Shown here piece by piece: positions 24,995 to 38,449 of a stretch of DNA of 64,000 bases. Within the stretch, counting starts at the first letter, position 1; every line of letters starts with the position of its first letter. The translations under genes were made by a program, and so were the position numbers. The stretch covers positions 112,840,001-112,904,000 of the forward strand of contig OZ024741.1 of the NCBI GenBank assembly GCA_964016885.1, written 5' to 3'. This DNA is from Eledone cirrhosa (taxonomy: Eukaryota). Below the pieces are notes generated by a model. That model saw only the letters and a list, made by a program, of their open reading frames with translations, had not been told where the DNA came from and searched no databases.

Positions 24995-27360
24995 ATCATC
25001 ATCATCATCATCATCATCAGCATCATCATCGTTTAACGTCCATATTCCACGCTTGCATGGGTTTGGACGGGAGTTTTCCCACTTGAGGCAAGAGTGGTTG
25101 TCTTGCTCGCATAGGACTGTCTGGCGGGTTTTCTACGGTTGGATGCCCTTCCTAACACCAACCACATTTACAGTGTGGAACTGGGAGGTTTTTACCGTGT
25201 TACCTACACTGCCACATTACAGCGTGGACTGTGTTTTTTTTTTTGTTGTGACACCTACACGACCTCATTTATTTTGGGCTGGATGTTGTGGTACCAACAT
25301 AACTTTACATTGAAAGGGGTGGTGTGGATGGGGTGGGGATAGTGGGACGGGGGTGTATTTTGTTAGAGGTGCCTACTGACTGTAGTAGGTTTCACTTTGC
25401 ACTTAGGTAAGGCGGGTCTTCTCTATTGCTGTGTAGTGCCAAAGATCTCGCTCCAGTGACATTGTCTTGGAGAGGTGTAAGTGTGTGAGGTCGGAATTTA
25501 TCAGGCCGTCCCAGGTTTTTCTGGGTCTGCCTACTCCGTGGCTACCGTCTATTTTTATTACCCTGCACTTTTCTATACAGCTGTCGTCTTTCATGCGCAT
25601 CACGTGACCATACTAACGTAGTCTTCTCTCGAGTAAATAACATTTGATCCCTCTTATTTCTAATTTCTCCCTTAGTTCGTTTATACTTTGCCGTTCACGT
25701 ATATTACTGTTACACATCAGCGGTGCCCAGGTCTCACTGCCATGTAACATTGCTGTTCGTATGCAGGCATCATACAGCCTGCCTTTCATTTTTAGAGAGA
25801 ACCCTTTAGCGGCCAATAGTGGTATAAGCTCTCTGAACTTTTTCCGTCCCGTTCTGACTCTAGCTACTGTACTTTCAGAGCACCCTCCCCCACTGCTGAT
25901 TTTGTCACCCAGGTAACGGAAGCTGTCCACTATTTCTATAGAACCATCTGTGCAATGGAATGAGTTAGTATTCTGTGGGCACTTGCTGCTACTTATTGCA
26001 CCAGAGCACCGGCCACATATAAAATCTATATTCTTAGTTAGGTTACCTGTGATCCCACTACATCTTTTATGTACCCATACTTTTCATTTGGGACATAAAA
26101 TGAAGTTTCTACCTACGCCTTTCCTACACACTGAGCATGGCCATTTCCCAGATGGGACCGGTGCCCTATTTTCCTTTCTACAAACTAGAACTTTAGTCTT
26201 AGACAAGTTAACTTTAAGGCCTTTTGATTCTAGGCCATGCTTCCATGTTTGGAATTTCTTCTCTAGTTCAGCCATTGATTCAGCTATGAGCGTTAGATCA
26301 TCTGCATATAGGAGTTCCCATGGGCAGCCGGTCTTGAACTCCTCTGTTATAGCCTGAAGGGCAATAATAAATAGTAGGGGGCTAAGGACGGAGCCCTGAT
26401 GAACACCAACTTTTATGCTAAACTCTTCACTATATTCGTTGTTAATTCTAACCTTGCTCACTGTTTCTTTATACATGGTTTGTATAGCTCTCACAAGCCA
26501 TTCATCAACACCTAGTTTTCTAAGTGCCCACCAGATAATCGAGCGGAGTACTCTGTCAAAGGCTTTCTCCACGTCAAGAAAAGCTAAGTATAGGGGTTTA
26601 CATTTAGCTAGGTACTTCTCCTGTAGTTGTTGTACAATAAAAAGACTATCTGTTGTACTTTTACCTGACACAAACCCGAACTGCATTTCGTCTAGATCGA
26701 TTCGCTCTCTGATTAGTTGTGCTGTTACTTTTTCTGTGACCTTCATGACCTGGTCAATTAATTTAATGCTTCTATAGTTTCCCCTATCTATGGCATCACC
26801 TTTACCCTTGTAGTAGTTAATGATTCTGCTGTGCCAGTCCTTCGGAACGACCCCATTCTTTATGACTTGGTTTACTATCCGGGTGACCATAGTGTGTCCC
26901 ATCGTTCCAGATGCTTTCAGCATTTCGGCAACTATTTCTGAAGGCCCGGCCGCCTTGCCCGTCTTCATGTCTTTGATCGCCTTACTTATTATACTACCTT
27001 CAACTTGCACTGCTGGTCCCTCTATTGGGTCGATGTGGGGGAGACTGTCTTTCTCCCAATTATTCTCCTCATTTAGTAGCCTTTCGTAGTGACACTTCCA
27101 GGCTACCTTCTTATCAGCGTCAGTGATGGCAAGTACACCATCATCATTAAGGTCACACTTCTCCCCGACAATATCACTGTTTTCCTTGACACATTGCCTA
27201 GCAATCCTGAACACCTCTCGTTTTTGGTCCTCGCGTTGTAGAACATGCTTGAACTTTCTATCCTCTACTTCCCTTCTTGCGAAGTCCACTTGTCTCCTAG
27301 CTTCTCTCCTGGCCACTTGATAGTCTTCTCTAATTTCCCCATCCTGCCATGCTTTCCATG
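24995..27360 (-). mobile_element. RTE-clade LINE, 5'-truncated, longest copy (copy B), with frameshifts and a deletion
   Basis: ORFs 26084-27316, 25613-25930 and 25403-25603 are consecutive pieces of the same RT. (GAT)n tail. The 5' end abuts a long (TA)n. Confidence 0.95.
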
Positions 27361-27366
27361 TATATA

Positions 27367-27439
<73 letters not shown>

Positions 27440-27464
27440 GTATATATATATGTATATATGTATA

Positions 27465-27559
<95 letters not shown>

Positions 27560-27569
27560 GTATATATAA
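27361..27569. repeat. (TA)n microsatellite (~200 bp, interrupted)
   Basis: Direct reading. Confidence 0.97.
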
Positions 27570-27617
27570 AATAAAGTTAAATAAAAGTCAAATGATTAAA
27601 ATTTAGCTTCGTTTATT

Positions 27618-27672
27618 ACTGCTATATATATTTCAGTGACACCCATCTTTGGCTGTGACATCTTCAGGCAGT
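27618..27672 (-). ncRNA. Type-I hammerhead ribozyme in a 140-bp island between (TA)n tracts
   Basis: Minus strand: acugc-CUGAAGA-ugucacagccaaagaugggugucacu-GAAA-uauaua-UA-gcagu-aauaaa. Perfect 5-bp stem I, palindromic stem III, imperfect stem II. Confidence 0.7.
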
Positions 27673-27706
27673 TTGAATTAGTATGGTATAGACAAGTACA
27701 TAAACT

Positions 27707-27777
<71 letters not shown>

Positions 27778-29879
27778 GTATGTATGTATATATCTATATG
27801 CATATATATTTATATATATTTTTCGCCCTATTTCCAATCCCGCTTTTTATCTATATTTATATTTACAATGTTTATACATTGCTTTGCTATTTTACAATAT
27901 AAATATATAACCACATATGTAGCTCTCTTTCCTTCCCTGACATTATGTGTCAACCTTTCTTTTCATTTATTTTCTATAGTTTATTTCTAATTATTTATTC
28001 CTATTGCTTGCTAGACAGTTAAATGTCTGACACATAATGATGATGCTAGTGAACAATCACTTCTATTATTGAGTGTTTGTTTATTCAGCTTAAAATTGTA
28101 AAAGACCGCTTGTAATGAAGCTCACCTTTAAGTTGTTTATGATAATGGTACAAGAGAAACATCAATCACAGTGATGAACATAACATATTTTTCTTAGTAT
28201 TGCTGTGGAAAATTTATTGAAATGGCAAATGAAAGTTTTCAAAAAATGATTCCGCATCACAAATTTAAAACACTGATTTAATCTACAAAATAACACTACA
28301 AAAATAGAAGAAAAATAGTCAGGTTTTGATGTATTCTTTTCCTCATCATCATTATCGTCATCTTTGTCAACATCATCATTATAGGGAATATGCTGTAATA
28401 TTTTTCCATTATGTTTTTTTTTCTTTGTGATTACTGGGTTGGACAAATCCTACTGTGTGTTAAAATGATTGATATGTTGGACATGAAAAGAGCATTACAG
28501 CTATAGTAAAAATGTCAAAGGTCTATTTATTATTTCAGCAAATACTGTTGTGAACAAAGTCTTATAGATCTTCCCTGCCCCTAAACCAATGGCATGGCTA
28601 GCATTTGTGCTCCCCAGAGCCATTCTTGAGATTGCCACTGACATCTTCCTTATGAAAACAAAATGCAATATGCATCAGACATACTGAAAGAAAATGCCCC
28701 GCTTACTTTATTGAAGTTATCTCCTTTGCTTGTTTTTAAATTCTAAATGCACCTAAAGTGAGTTTTGTGCACTATTTGCATGGAAAGTTTTAATTAACCA
28801 AAAGATGTTCAATTCACTACATATTTGAGTCAATGATAGAAACTTGGGGAAGGGGGCTCTATCATTAAGACGCCCAATAAACTTTCTATGAGCTTCAACA
28901 TCATAGGAAGCCATCTAAACCTGCACAAATGTGAACTATGGCAATAACAATCTTTGAAATCTATTGTATTTGTATTTAATATAGAAAAAGTTATCTTGAC
29001 ATGATTGATAGAGTTGGCTCAAATGGAGACTTGTTCTGTTACATTAGCACCTCTGGTCTTTCATTTATGACAGTTTCGGTTGTATCAATTTTGTAGTCAT
29101 TGACAACATCCAAGTTTTCAGTTTTCCTTTGCATGAAAATCTTCTAAATTACTATTTATAGTAGGTTCAGTGGTCACATAGAGGCTTCATCATCAACTCA
29201 TTTGAATTAATAACCTTTGGAATTGAAACCAGTTTGCTATGCTACAAATACCCTTTTAAAGAACATAAAATCTTTTGTTTTATAGAGTTACATAATGTCA
29301 CATACTCCCCACGAGAGGTAATCATTCATACACCACCAACTCAAAAGGTGCAAAATTCCAGGATGTTAGGGTAAATAATTTGAAAAATAATTTACTTATC
29401 ACAGGACAACAATAACATAAGCATTTTAAGAGCATTTTACCTGATAATGCAGGGGATCAACCTTGCACACCTCATGACAAGCTTTTCTTTTTTATCATAT
29501 CCTCTGCATCCCCCAATCATCTGGCTTTCATGTACTTCCCTATCATCTTTAACCATATCTTTTTATATCTAACTTTCTCTTGTTCCTTATACATTCATTT
29601 CAGTCACTCTGTCAATTTCATCCTTCTTTATCGCATGACCAAACTACCTCATTCCATTTCTCTTTACAACGTTCATCCTGGTTTTGTTCTCACAAATCAA
29701 ACAAACTTAAAAAGTAATTTTAAAACAATATGTTTGTAGAAGCTGCTAGAAAAAATGAAATATTTTGGATTTTTCAGGTGAACATTAACAAACCATTTGA
29801 AACTCTATAGCAGGTAAGATGAGATGGAAACACATTTATCATGGCTTCAGGTAGAAATAAACTGTTTGGAAAATTATCA

Positions 29880-30420
29880 GATCAACTCTACCTGTAATTC
29901 AAAGAACCAATCTTATCACAGACTTTGTCATATTGCATTTCCCTGAGAATTGTATGGTACCTTGTGTAATTGTCATTTTAGTCTCAGGTTGACTCAAACC
30001 TTCTGAGTGAAATTATTTTCAATCCTATTGGATGAAGTGTACTTATAATTGAAAGGAGTAGCCTTGTTTCACACACTGTGTGATGTTGGAATTTCCCTGA
30101 GATTTGTTTTAAAGACACATACAACTGAGAAAAACTCAGCTAATTAAAATATAGTACAAGATAAACTCACTATGTCATGTTGAATTCTCCTGATAATTAT
30201 ATAAAGGTCACCCAAGTCTGTGGTATACTCAACCTCTTAAAATATAGTACAAGATAAACTGTAGCCCTATTTAAAGGTCCAGCTTTGTCGTACACATTTT
30301 CAGGCTTAATCCCAATGAGAATTATCTTCTGATGTCAGTGTAATGCTCAGCCACTTGCACACTAATTTCACAAGCAGGCTGTTCCATTGAATGAAACAAA
30401 TGGAACCAATGGAGATTTAT
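29880..30420 (+). mobile_element. Decayed second-family SINE with internally reiterated segment
   Basis: The motif aaagg..cagccttgtcacac..tgtgtca.g.tgaat.tccctgagaatt recurs ~4 times before ctcagccacttgcacactaatttcacaagcaggctgttcc. Confidence 0.6.
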
Positions 30421-30889
30421 TCCATTCCATTCTACTCTAATATATTATTTCAGCGTATTTGTCATGATTAATTTTATTGACTTTCACAGGGATGAAAGAC
30501 AAATTTGAACCCACTAAAATGCAGGACACAACCTGTATAAAATCTGTGTACTGTAAAGCTGCTTTGATCCCACTATCATATATACACATCCATGTAATGT
30601 ATTCAAAAACATTGAATATATAAACACATTTATATGTTTCCTACACAAACTCAAAATGGAGGAATTTTATTTCAAATCATGATCATTGATACATGAAGGA
30701 CATTTGGCAATAGATTTCTCTCAACCAATCATACAAATGGAAGGAATAAGTACCAGCATATATTCTCTGTTAGATAGATACAAATAGAGTAATGTCTCCT
30801 GTTGGTATAAATACATATCATACAATTATATAGATATAATTGAGCACTAAGTAGATGAAGTACATTATAAATGTCAATTAAATTTACCA

Positions 30890-31592
30890 CAGTGTATTAC
30901 TGGTACTATTTTTTTATCGACCATGTAAAGATGAAAAGCAAAGTTAACCTTGGTGGGTTATAATAATAATAATTGTTTCTACTTTTGGCACAAGGCCAGC
31001 AATTAACCAGTGTATTACTGGTACTACACTGGGTAATTGCTGGGTAATAATAACACATAGATAAATACACAACCAAAACCCCAGGACTTACAAATATATA
31101 CAGCATACAAAAGATAGCACCATTAGACACGGCACACATACTACAAAAAGTACTGTTAATACAATAGAAACAATATCAGCAAAAATACAGTACTCATACC
31201 CAAGGTGCACAGAGCTGTGCTTGGTAAAGCAGTAATGATGCACAATAAAAATAATAATAATAATAATTGTTTCTACTTTAGGCACAAGGCCAGCAATTAC
31301 CAAGTACATTACTGGTACTTTATTTTATCGATCCCATAAGGATGAAAGGCAAAGTTAAACTCGGCGGGATTTGAACTCAGACTGTAAAGGGACGTAACTA
31401 TGCTAGAAAGCATGGCGTCCAACCCTCTACCGATACTGCCAATTCACCAATAATGGTTTCTGATTTAGGCACAAGGCCCGCAATGTTTTTTGTTGTAGGG
31501 GGGAAGGGGTCGATTAAATCAACCCTACTGCATGACTGGTACTTTATTTTATCAACCCTGTAAGAATGAAAGGCAAAGCTAATCTTGGCAGG
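30890..31592 (-). mobile_element. SINE cluster (pieces 30890-31045; young copy 31263-31447; partial 31452-31592)
   Basis: Main-family motifs, embedded in (AAT)n. Confidence 0.85.
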
Positions 31593-32247
31593 TTAAACAG
31601 ATGGGGAAACATTTGAAATGGTTGCAAACTTCACAGTAAGTTTAAGGCTGTGGAGAGACTTCTTTTATTCCTATTAGACAATGAATGACATGCTGATTGT
31701 ATGCCAAAGTAAGATGTACAAGCAAGAGAAAGGTTAATGTGGTGAAAACAGCTGAACTATGACAAGTGCTGATAGTCAGAATCTATATATCTACGTGTTT
31801 ATCCATCCATGTATCTATGTCTCTATATACCTATCCCCCACTCTCTCTCTCTTTCTTATATATAACACACGCACATATATGTGTGTGTGCATTTCTGTAT
31901 ATGCATTTGCTTGTGTTTGTATGTAAATGTGTATGCACGAGTATATGTGTGCATGAGTGTGCGTGTGTATAAGCATGTATGTGTCTGTGTGAGAAAGAGG
32001 GGGCTTAAGAAAAAAAGGAAGCAAAAATAAGGCCATGTATGTAACATTGACAGTTGGTGTTGAAAGTTTGTGAAGATGATGAAAATCAGTGAACACGTGA
32101 AGCATGAAGTGATTCACATGTTGGAGAGATTCTTTCAGTATGAGAACATATCAAAAAGACACTGAGGAAAATGCTTCACCCCTCTCTCATTTTTCTTTCT
32201 TTATGTATATATATATAATTACATGATGATGATGATGATGATGATGA

Positions 32248-32303
<56 letters not shown>

Positions 32304-33109
32304 ATTATTTTGAAGTTAACTTCAGGTCTGAGTTATCTATACATTTTATCTTCTATCATTTATCAGTTCACCTGTTATATTACATTGCTGACAGATTTAT
32401 ATCTTCATTTCCATTAAAACATCAATAATAAACTTCATCCTATTCTCACCTCTCTATTCAATTGGTGTGCAACAATTGCTGCTCAATTATAAATTGTATC
32501 TTTGCTACACACATACATATATGTGTGTGTGTATATATGTAGGTATGTATATATATATATATATATATATACAAACATAAACACCAATATAAACATATAT
32601 ATGTTTATGCGTATGTATATATGTAAGTATGTAAGTACGTATATATATATATATATATATATATAATGTGTGTATGTGTATATAAGTAGGTAAATATATA
32701 TATGTATATATGTGTGTTATGTATGTATTTGTGTGAGTGTATGTAGGTATATATATATGTACTAATAATATTAGGAACATTATTTTTTAATTTGCTGCCT
32801 TTTATATATCTATAGTTTCTGTCAGAATACTTCACTGATGTCTTTTGATAAATGATTCTCACTAGTCAGCATATAATCAGTTGTTGATATGAAATTCTAT
32901 AAATGTAGATGCAATTATTTTGACATGAAATTGTAAATTAATTGGAGAATCATTCAAGCATTGTATTAAAATGCTTTGTTTTATTTGTTCCACAGTTGTT
33001 AAATTTTGTCAAGACTAGATTTGTATTTATTTTTCTGGGGGTCGATAAATAAATTAGCTATCCAGGGCTAGTGGATTGGTAGAATTGTGAAAGAGTTAAA
33101 TGGGAAGGC

Positions 33110-33450
33110 ACCAAAATGAGTGGTTAGAGAACTGGATTCACATTTTTGAGGTTGTGAGTTTGATTCCTTGACCATGAGATGAACTATGTCAATGAGCAAG
33201 ACAGTTTATTTCATGTTGCTCCTTCTGCCAGGAGTTGCGACTGGTAGATATTATCAGCAACAGAAACATTGTTTCTTTGGTCCAATTTGATGAGTTCCAC
33301 CCCACTTGGTAAGTGAGTGGGGTCTGGGATCTTGTCGATCGATTCAATCGGCGAAGCGAATGCTTTGTAGTGTCTGTCCTGGCTCTCAAATAGCACTTCT
33401 TTCTGCTAGGTGTTGCAACTGGCAGATTATATCAGCATTGGAAATGTTAA
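33110..33450 (+). mobile_element. Decayed tRNA-derived SINE head with internal direct repeat
   Basis: gagtggttagag (A box), gagtttgattcc (B box), tgagcaagacagtttatttcatgttgctcc. The segment ggagttgcgactggtagatattatcagca recurs at ~33408. Confidence 0.45.
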
Positions 33451-33599
33451 TGAAACTATAGATTTTTGCTCCAGTCTAATCATTGATCCATTTCTTAATA
33501 TTTTAATGAACAACGATTTAATGATTCTCTTTATTTTGTGTCTCTCTGTCTTTCTGTATAAATAAATAATATATATTTATGCCAGGTGGCAAAATGGTA

Positions 33600-33872
33600 G
33601 AATCATTAGAGGGGGTATGGTCATGTGATGTGCATGGAGGATGACCGATGGGTGAAGAAGTGACAGGAAATGCCAGTTGAAGGAAGACGTGGTAGAGGTA
33701 GACCATGAAAACACGGGCGGAGGTGGTGAGAACAGACCTCAGATCACTGAAGCTCACGGTGGAGATGACGAAGGACCGTGACGAGTGGAGAGATGCTGTG
33801 CTGAATAAGACCCGTCCCACCCTTGCAAGCAGGGAAAAGCGGACGTAAAATGATGATGATGATGATGATGAT
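33600..33872 (+). mobile_element. RTE 3'-terminal fragment
   Basis: YGHVMCMED...GRPWKTRAEVVRTDLRSLKLTVEMTKDRDEWRDAVLNKTR-like remnant and (GAT)n tail. Confidence 0.8.
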
Positions 33873-33986
33873 TAGAATGAAGTGATCCTTCATCCAGTCA
33901 TGTACTCTAAAGGCTATTTATCCTAAGTACATCACACACGCACACATATATATATATATCATCATCATCATCGTTGTTTAACGTCC

Positions 33987-34012
33987 ATTTTCCACGCTAG
34001 CATGGGTTTGAG

Positions 34013-34068
<56 letters not shown>

Positions 34069-34094
34069 CTCTAACCCATGCTAGCGTGGAAAAT
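33987..34094. repeat. Small inverted duplication around (TA)n
   Basis: attttccacgctagcatgggtttgaggg-(TA)n-ccctctaacccatgctagcgtggaaaat (1 mismatch). Confidence 0.9.
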
Positions 34095-34098
34095 CTTC

Positions 34099-34149
<51 letters not shown>

Positions 34150-34164
34150 CGTGTGTGTGTGTAT

Positions 34165-34930
34165 CATTATTCTAAATCTGTTTTTCCATTCTTGCTTTGG
34201 TGGGATTGTTCTTTTCCAGCATAGCATCCCTCCACTCATTGTCATTTGGTCGGTTTGCTTCAGCGATTTGGAATCAGCTCTCATCACCTTTGCCTAAGTC
34301 TTTCTTGGTCCTCACCTACTTCAGCCTGCTTCCATCGAGATGTCTTTGCATTTCTTCACCTAACCATTATCATCCTTATATATTACAAGTCCATACCTGT
34401 GTAGTATTCTCTCTTGCACTCTGCATCTGATTCCTTTTATATTCAGTTTTTCTCATCTATGCTTCATCATTTATTCCCGTTAACATCGAAAATTGCATGG
34501 AGGCATCATACAGCTAGATTTTCTTTCATAGAGAGAGAACTTTTGTTGACAGGGGTTGAACTATTTTCATCCTGTTCTTATTACTATGTTCTCAGAGCAC
34601 CCTCTTCCTCTTCTAATTAGGTCACCTCAACTACTTCTATGGAGCTTTCATGGGAATGGAAAAAAAGTATATTTTGTTGATGCTCTTGCTACCAACTATC
34701 CCTATAAATATGGCACTTACCATGTTCACTTGTTGTGTTAGTCTGCCATCTATTCCACTACACCCAAGATTTAGATTATGTATATATACTCCTTTACTAC
34801 ATATCAAGCTGTGCTACTTTTCTGATGGGATCAGGGTCATGTCTTCTTTCCTACTTACTGGATAATCTCCTAGTTCAAAATTAAAATCCATACAAATCTC
34901 TTGCCCATTATTTCACCCAGCATACCAACT
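34165..34930 (-). mobile_element. Old RTE RT 3' fragment
   Basis: Decayed homolog of copies A-D (EGALRT.., KVLS.KE, GMLCWKRT). Confidence 0.7.
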
Positions 34931-35458
34931 CTCTTCCTGGATATATTTTTATTATTATTATTATTTATAAAACATAAAACACTTAAATGCTTGCTTTCCA
35001 ATAGGTATAACCCCACCATCACCACTATATATATTATATATATATATATGAGCACAGGTATTCAATAACAGATAACTATATTACTGATACCCTTTCCTTA
35101 TGTCCATACACAAAAATCCCTATACACTTTCATCTAGTAAGCAAGAAAACTACAACCCAACCCAAACATTAATCTCATAAATAAGCATGCTCCAGCGACC
35201 CAATGCAGCCAGATGAAGCAACAAAGCTAAAACTTTAAAGTAACTGCCACATTTCTCTTCAGAAGATAATCTTTACAGTCTGTTTACAAGGCATATAGCA
35301 AATGCTTCAGTTCAAATGCCACAGGCTACTCTGTCCACTTTTTCCATCTCTACAGGTGTATATATCCAACCTGATGCACAAGTTAACAGTCAAAAACATT
35401 TCGTAGCAGCTTACAATAAGCTAAGATAATTTTCATATATATATATATATATATATAT

Positions 35459-37290
35459 AGGAGATGCTCTTGATAGGGGTAACTATAGAGGCATTAAATT
35501 AATCGACCAGGTCATGAAGGTCACAGAAAAAGTAATAGCGCAACTAATCAGAGCGAATTGATCTAGATGAAATGCAGTTCGGGTTTGTTTCAGGTAAAAG
35601 TACCACAGACGCTCTTTTCATTGTACAACAACTACAAGAGAAGTACCTAGCTAAAAGTAAACCCCTATACTTAGCTTTTCTTGACTTGGAGAAAGCCTTT
35701 GACAGAGTCCCCCGCTCCATTATCTGGTGGGCACTTAGAAAACTAGGTGTTGATGAATGGCTTGTGAGAGCTATACAAGCCATGTATAAAGAAACAGTCA
35801 GCAAGGTTAGAATTAACAACGAATATAGTGAAGAGTTTAGCATAAAAGTTGGTGTTCATCAGGGTTCCGTTCTTAGCCCCCTACTATTTATTATTGCCCT
35901 TCAGGCTATAACAGAGGAGTTCAAGACCGGTTGCCCATGGGAACTCCTATATGCAGATGATCTAATGCTCATAGCTGAATCAATGGCTGAACTAGAGTAG
36001 AAATTCCAAACATGGAAGCATGGCCTAGAATCAAAAGGCCTTAAAGTTAACCTGTCTAAGACTAAAGTTCTAGTTTGTAGGAAGGAAAATAGGGCACCGG
36101 TCCCATCTGGGAAATGGCCATGCTCAGTGTGTAGGAAAGGAGTAGGCAGAAACTCCATTTTATGTCCCAAATGCAAAGTATGGGTGCATAAAAGATGTAG
36201 TGGGATCACAGGTAAGCTAACTAAGAATATAGATTTTATATGTGGCCGGTGCTCTGGTGCAATAAGTAGCAGCAAGTGCCCACAGAATACTAACTCATTC
36301 CATTGCACAGATGGTTCTATAGAAATAGTGGACAGCTTCCGTTACCTGGGTGACAAAATCAGCAGTGAGAGAGGGTGCTCTTAAAGTACAGTAGCTAGAG
36401 TCAGAACGGGATGGAAAAAGTTCAGAGAGCTTATACCACTATTGGCCGCTAAAGGGTTCTCTCTAAAAATGAAAGGCAGGCTGTATGATGCCTGCATACG
36501 AACAGCAATGTTACATGGCGGTGAGACCTGGGCATTGTGTGCAGAGGATATACGCAGACTGGGGAGAAGCGAAGCCTGCATGCTCCGCTGGATGTGTAAT
36601 AGTAATATACGTGAACGGCAAAGCATAAACGAACTAAGTGAGAAATTAGGAATAAGAAGGATCAGATGTTGTTTACTCGAGAGAAGACTACGTTGGTACA
36701 GTCACGTGATGCGCATGAAAGACGACAGCTGTATAAAAAAGTGCAGGGCGATAAGAATAGACGGTAGCCACGGAGTAGGCAGACCCAGAAAAACCTGTGA
36801 CAACTTGATAAATTCCGACCTCACACACTTACACCTCTCCAAGACAATGTCACTGGACCGAGATCTTTGGCACTACACAGTCATACAGAAGACCCGCCTT
36901 GCCTAAGTACAAAGCGAAACCTAGAGTCAGTAGGCACCTCTAACAAAATACACCCCCGTCCCACTACCCCCACCTCATCCACACCACCCCCTTAAATGTG
37001 AAGTTATGTTGGTACCACAACATCCAGGCCGAAACAAATGAGGTCGTGTAGGTGTCACGACAAAAAAACACACAGTCCATGCTGTAATGTGGCCGTGTAG
37101 GTAACAACCTTCCAGTCCACACTGTAAATGTAGTTGGTGTTAGGAATGGCATCCAGCCATAGAAAACCCGCCAGACAGTCCTATGCGAGCAGGACAACAA
37201 ATCCTGCCTCAAGTGGGATACTCCTGTCCAAACCCATGCAAGCGTGGAAGATGGACGTTAAACGATGATGATGATGATGATGATGATGAT
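35459..37290 (+). mobile_element. RTE-clade LINE, 5'-truncated, with nonsense mutations (copy C)
   Basis: ORFs 35572-36000, 36127-36384 and 36442-36906 lie in one frame split by stops. 3' UTR and (GAT)n tail. Starts directly after (TA)n. Confidence 0.95.
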
Positions 37291-37296
37291 ATATGT

Positions 37297-38425
37297 GTGT
37301 ATATATAAAACAAAGGATGTCTGTCTGTGTAAATCCCTAAAACTTGAGAAGTACCTGACCGATTTTTTTCAAATTTTTCACATGCGTTACTTATATTTCT
37401 TGAAGGGCTAAAACAATTTTAACTTTTTCTGCCCTATAGCCCGCAATAGGCAAAAAACCACATTTTAAAGGCATATTTAGTCTTCTTTGAGGCGTAACTT
37501 AAAGATAATCCAGCCGATTTCCTCAAAATTTGCAGCACACATTAGTTAGTCCCCTCACATTATTGATTCCATTAATGGTTTCTAGGAAATTTACAAATTA
37601 GTATTGGGCATTACATGCCATTTTCATTTTCAATATAAACGCTACTTAAACATCGTAAGTAGCGTATATTTCGTTAAAAATTTGGTTTATTTAACACAGG
37701 ATGCAGCACTTACTTTTAAGCAGGACCATTTTCAGGGGATTGAGGAAATGTGGAGGAGCTTAAAATTTTTGTTGGCACTCTGTTGACGCTTTGTGCTTTC
37801 ATCACGCACAAATCCAGGCCCTGTGTACATTGCTGTGTTATTGACACCGTAAAATTCACGTCTGTGTTACTTCTACTAAGATCCCTTTTGTTGCACCTAC
37901 ACCACAGTATGAAAGCCCTGCACAAGTACGCCAAACAGCGGTTGTGCTAATTCCGCAGTGACCCCTTTTGTCGCACCTTTGTTGCTGTGTAAACGCAGTG
38001 CAACCAATGCTGCCCAGCGTTTGTGCTAATTGCATTATGACTCCCTTCTGCTGCAGCTGTGTTGCCACGCTGATTTCGTCATTTCAATATCCCTACTTAA
38101 ACGTACATCTCTACTTGGTTTTCACACAATTGACTATGTCGCACCTTCAGACTGATGTGTGTTCCCCATCCGTGACATAATTTGTGAACAGACTTACAAC
38201 ATACATTGCCCCACAACACTTACTTCTTTCGCATACAGGATTTCCGCAATCAGCCCCGACACTGCTACTACTGGATTCGGCCTGCTGGTGTTGTACGTTT
38301 CCAGAAGATGAACAATCATTCCCTGAGAATAAGGGAATTCAAAAAGTACACAGCTACATTCCTCAATCTTTGCATGTTGTTATTTCACGTTTCCTACCCT
38401 GTGCAGCGCCGAGTCCTACTGCTAG
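37297..38425 (+). mobile_element. Non-autonomous Helitron
   Basis: 5' tatataaaa...gtctgtctgt...gaccgattt..aaattt. 3' ccctgtgcagcgccgagtcctactgCTAG|t (decayed hairpin + CTAG). Internal FVNRLTTYIAPQHLL..APTLLL resembles the Pif1-helicase FLNSLTPSGLPPH.L..GAPIMLL motif. Confidence 0.7.
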
Positions 38426-38449
38426 TATATATATATATATAAAGGACCC

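Noticed and set aside
29778-29813. 36-nt micro-exon with good splice signals (ttttcag| ... cag|gtaaga)
   Set aside because: Stop codons in all three frames. Unsupported without RNA data.
32803-32876. Minus-strand hammerhead-like ctgacta...gaaactatagata
   Set aside because: Two core positions deviate (G8 and U16.1). Too decayed to call.
35100-35435. Possible host exon or Jockey/CR1 remnant
   Set aside because: Stops in the frames tried and only a faint VYKAY-like similarity. Cannot be supported by eye.
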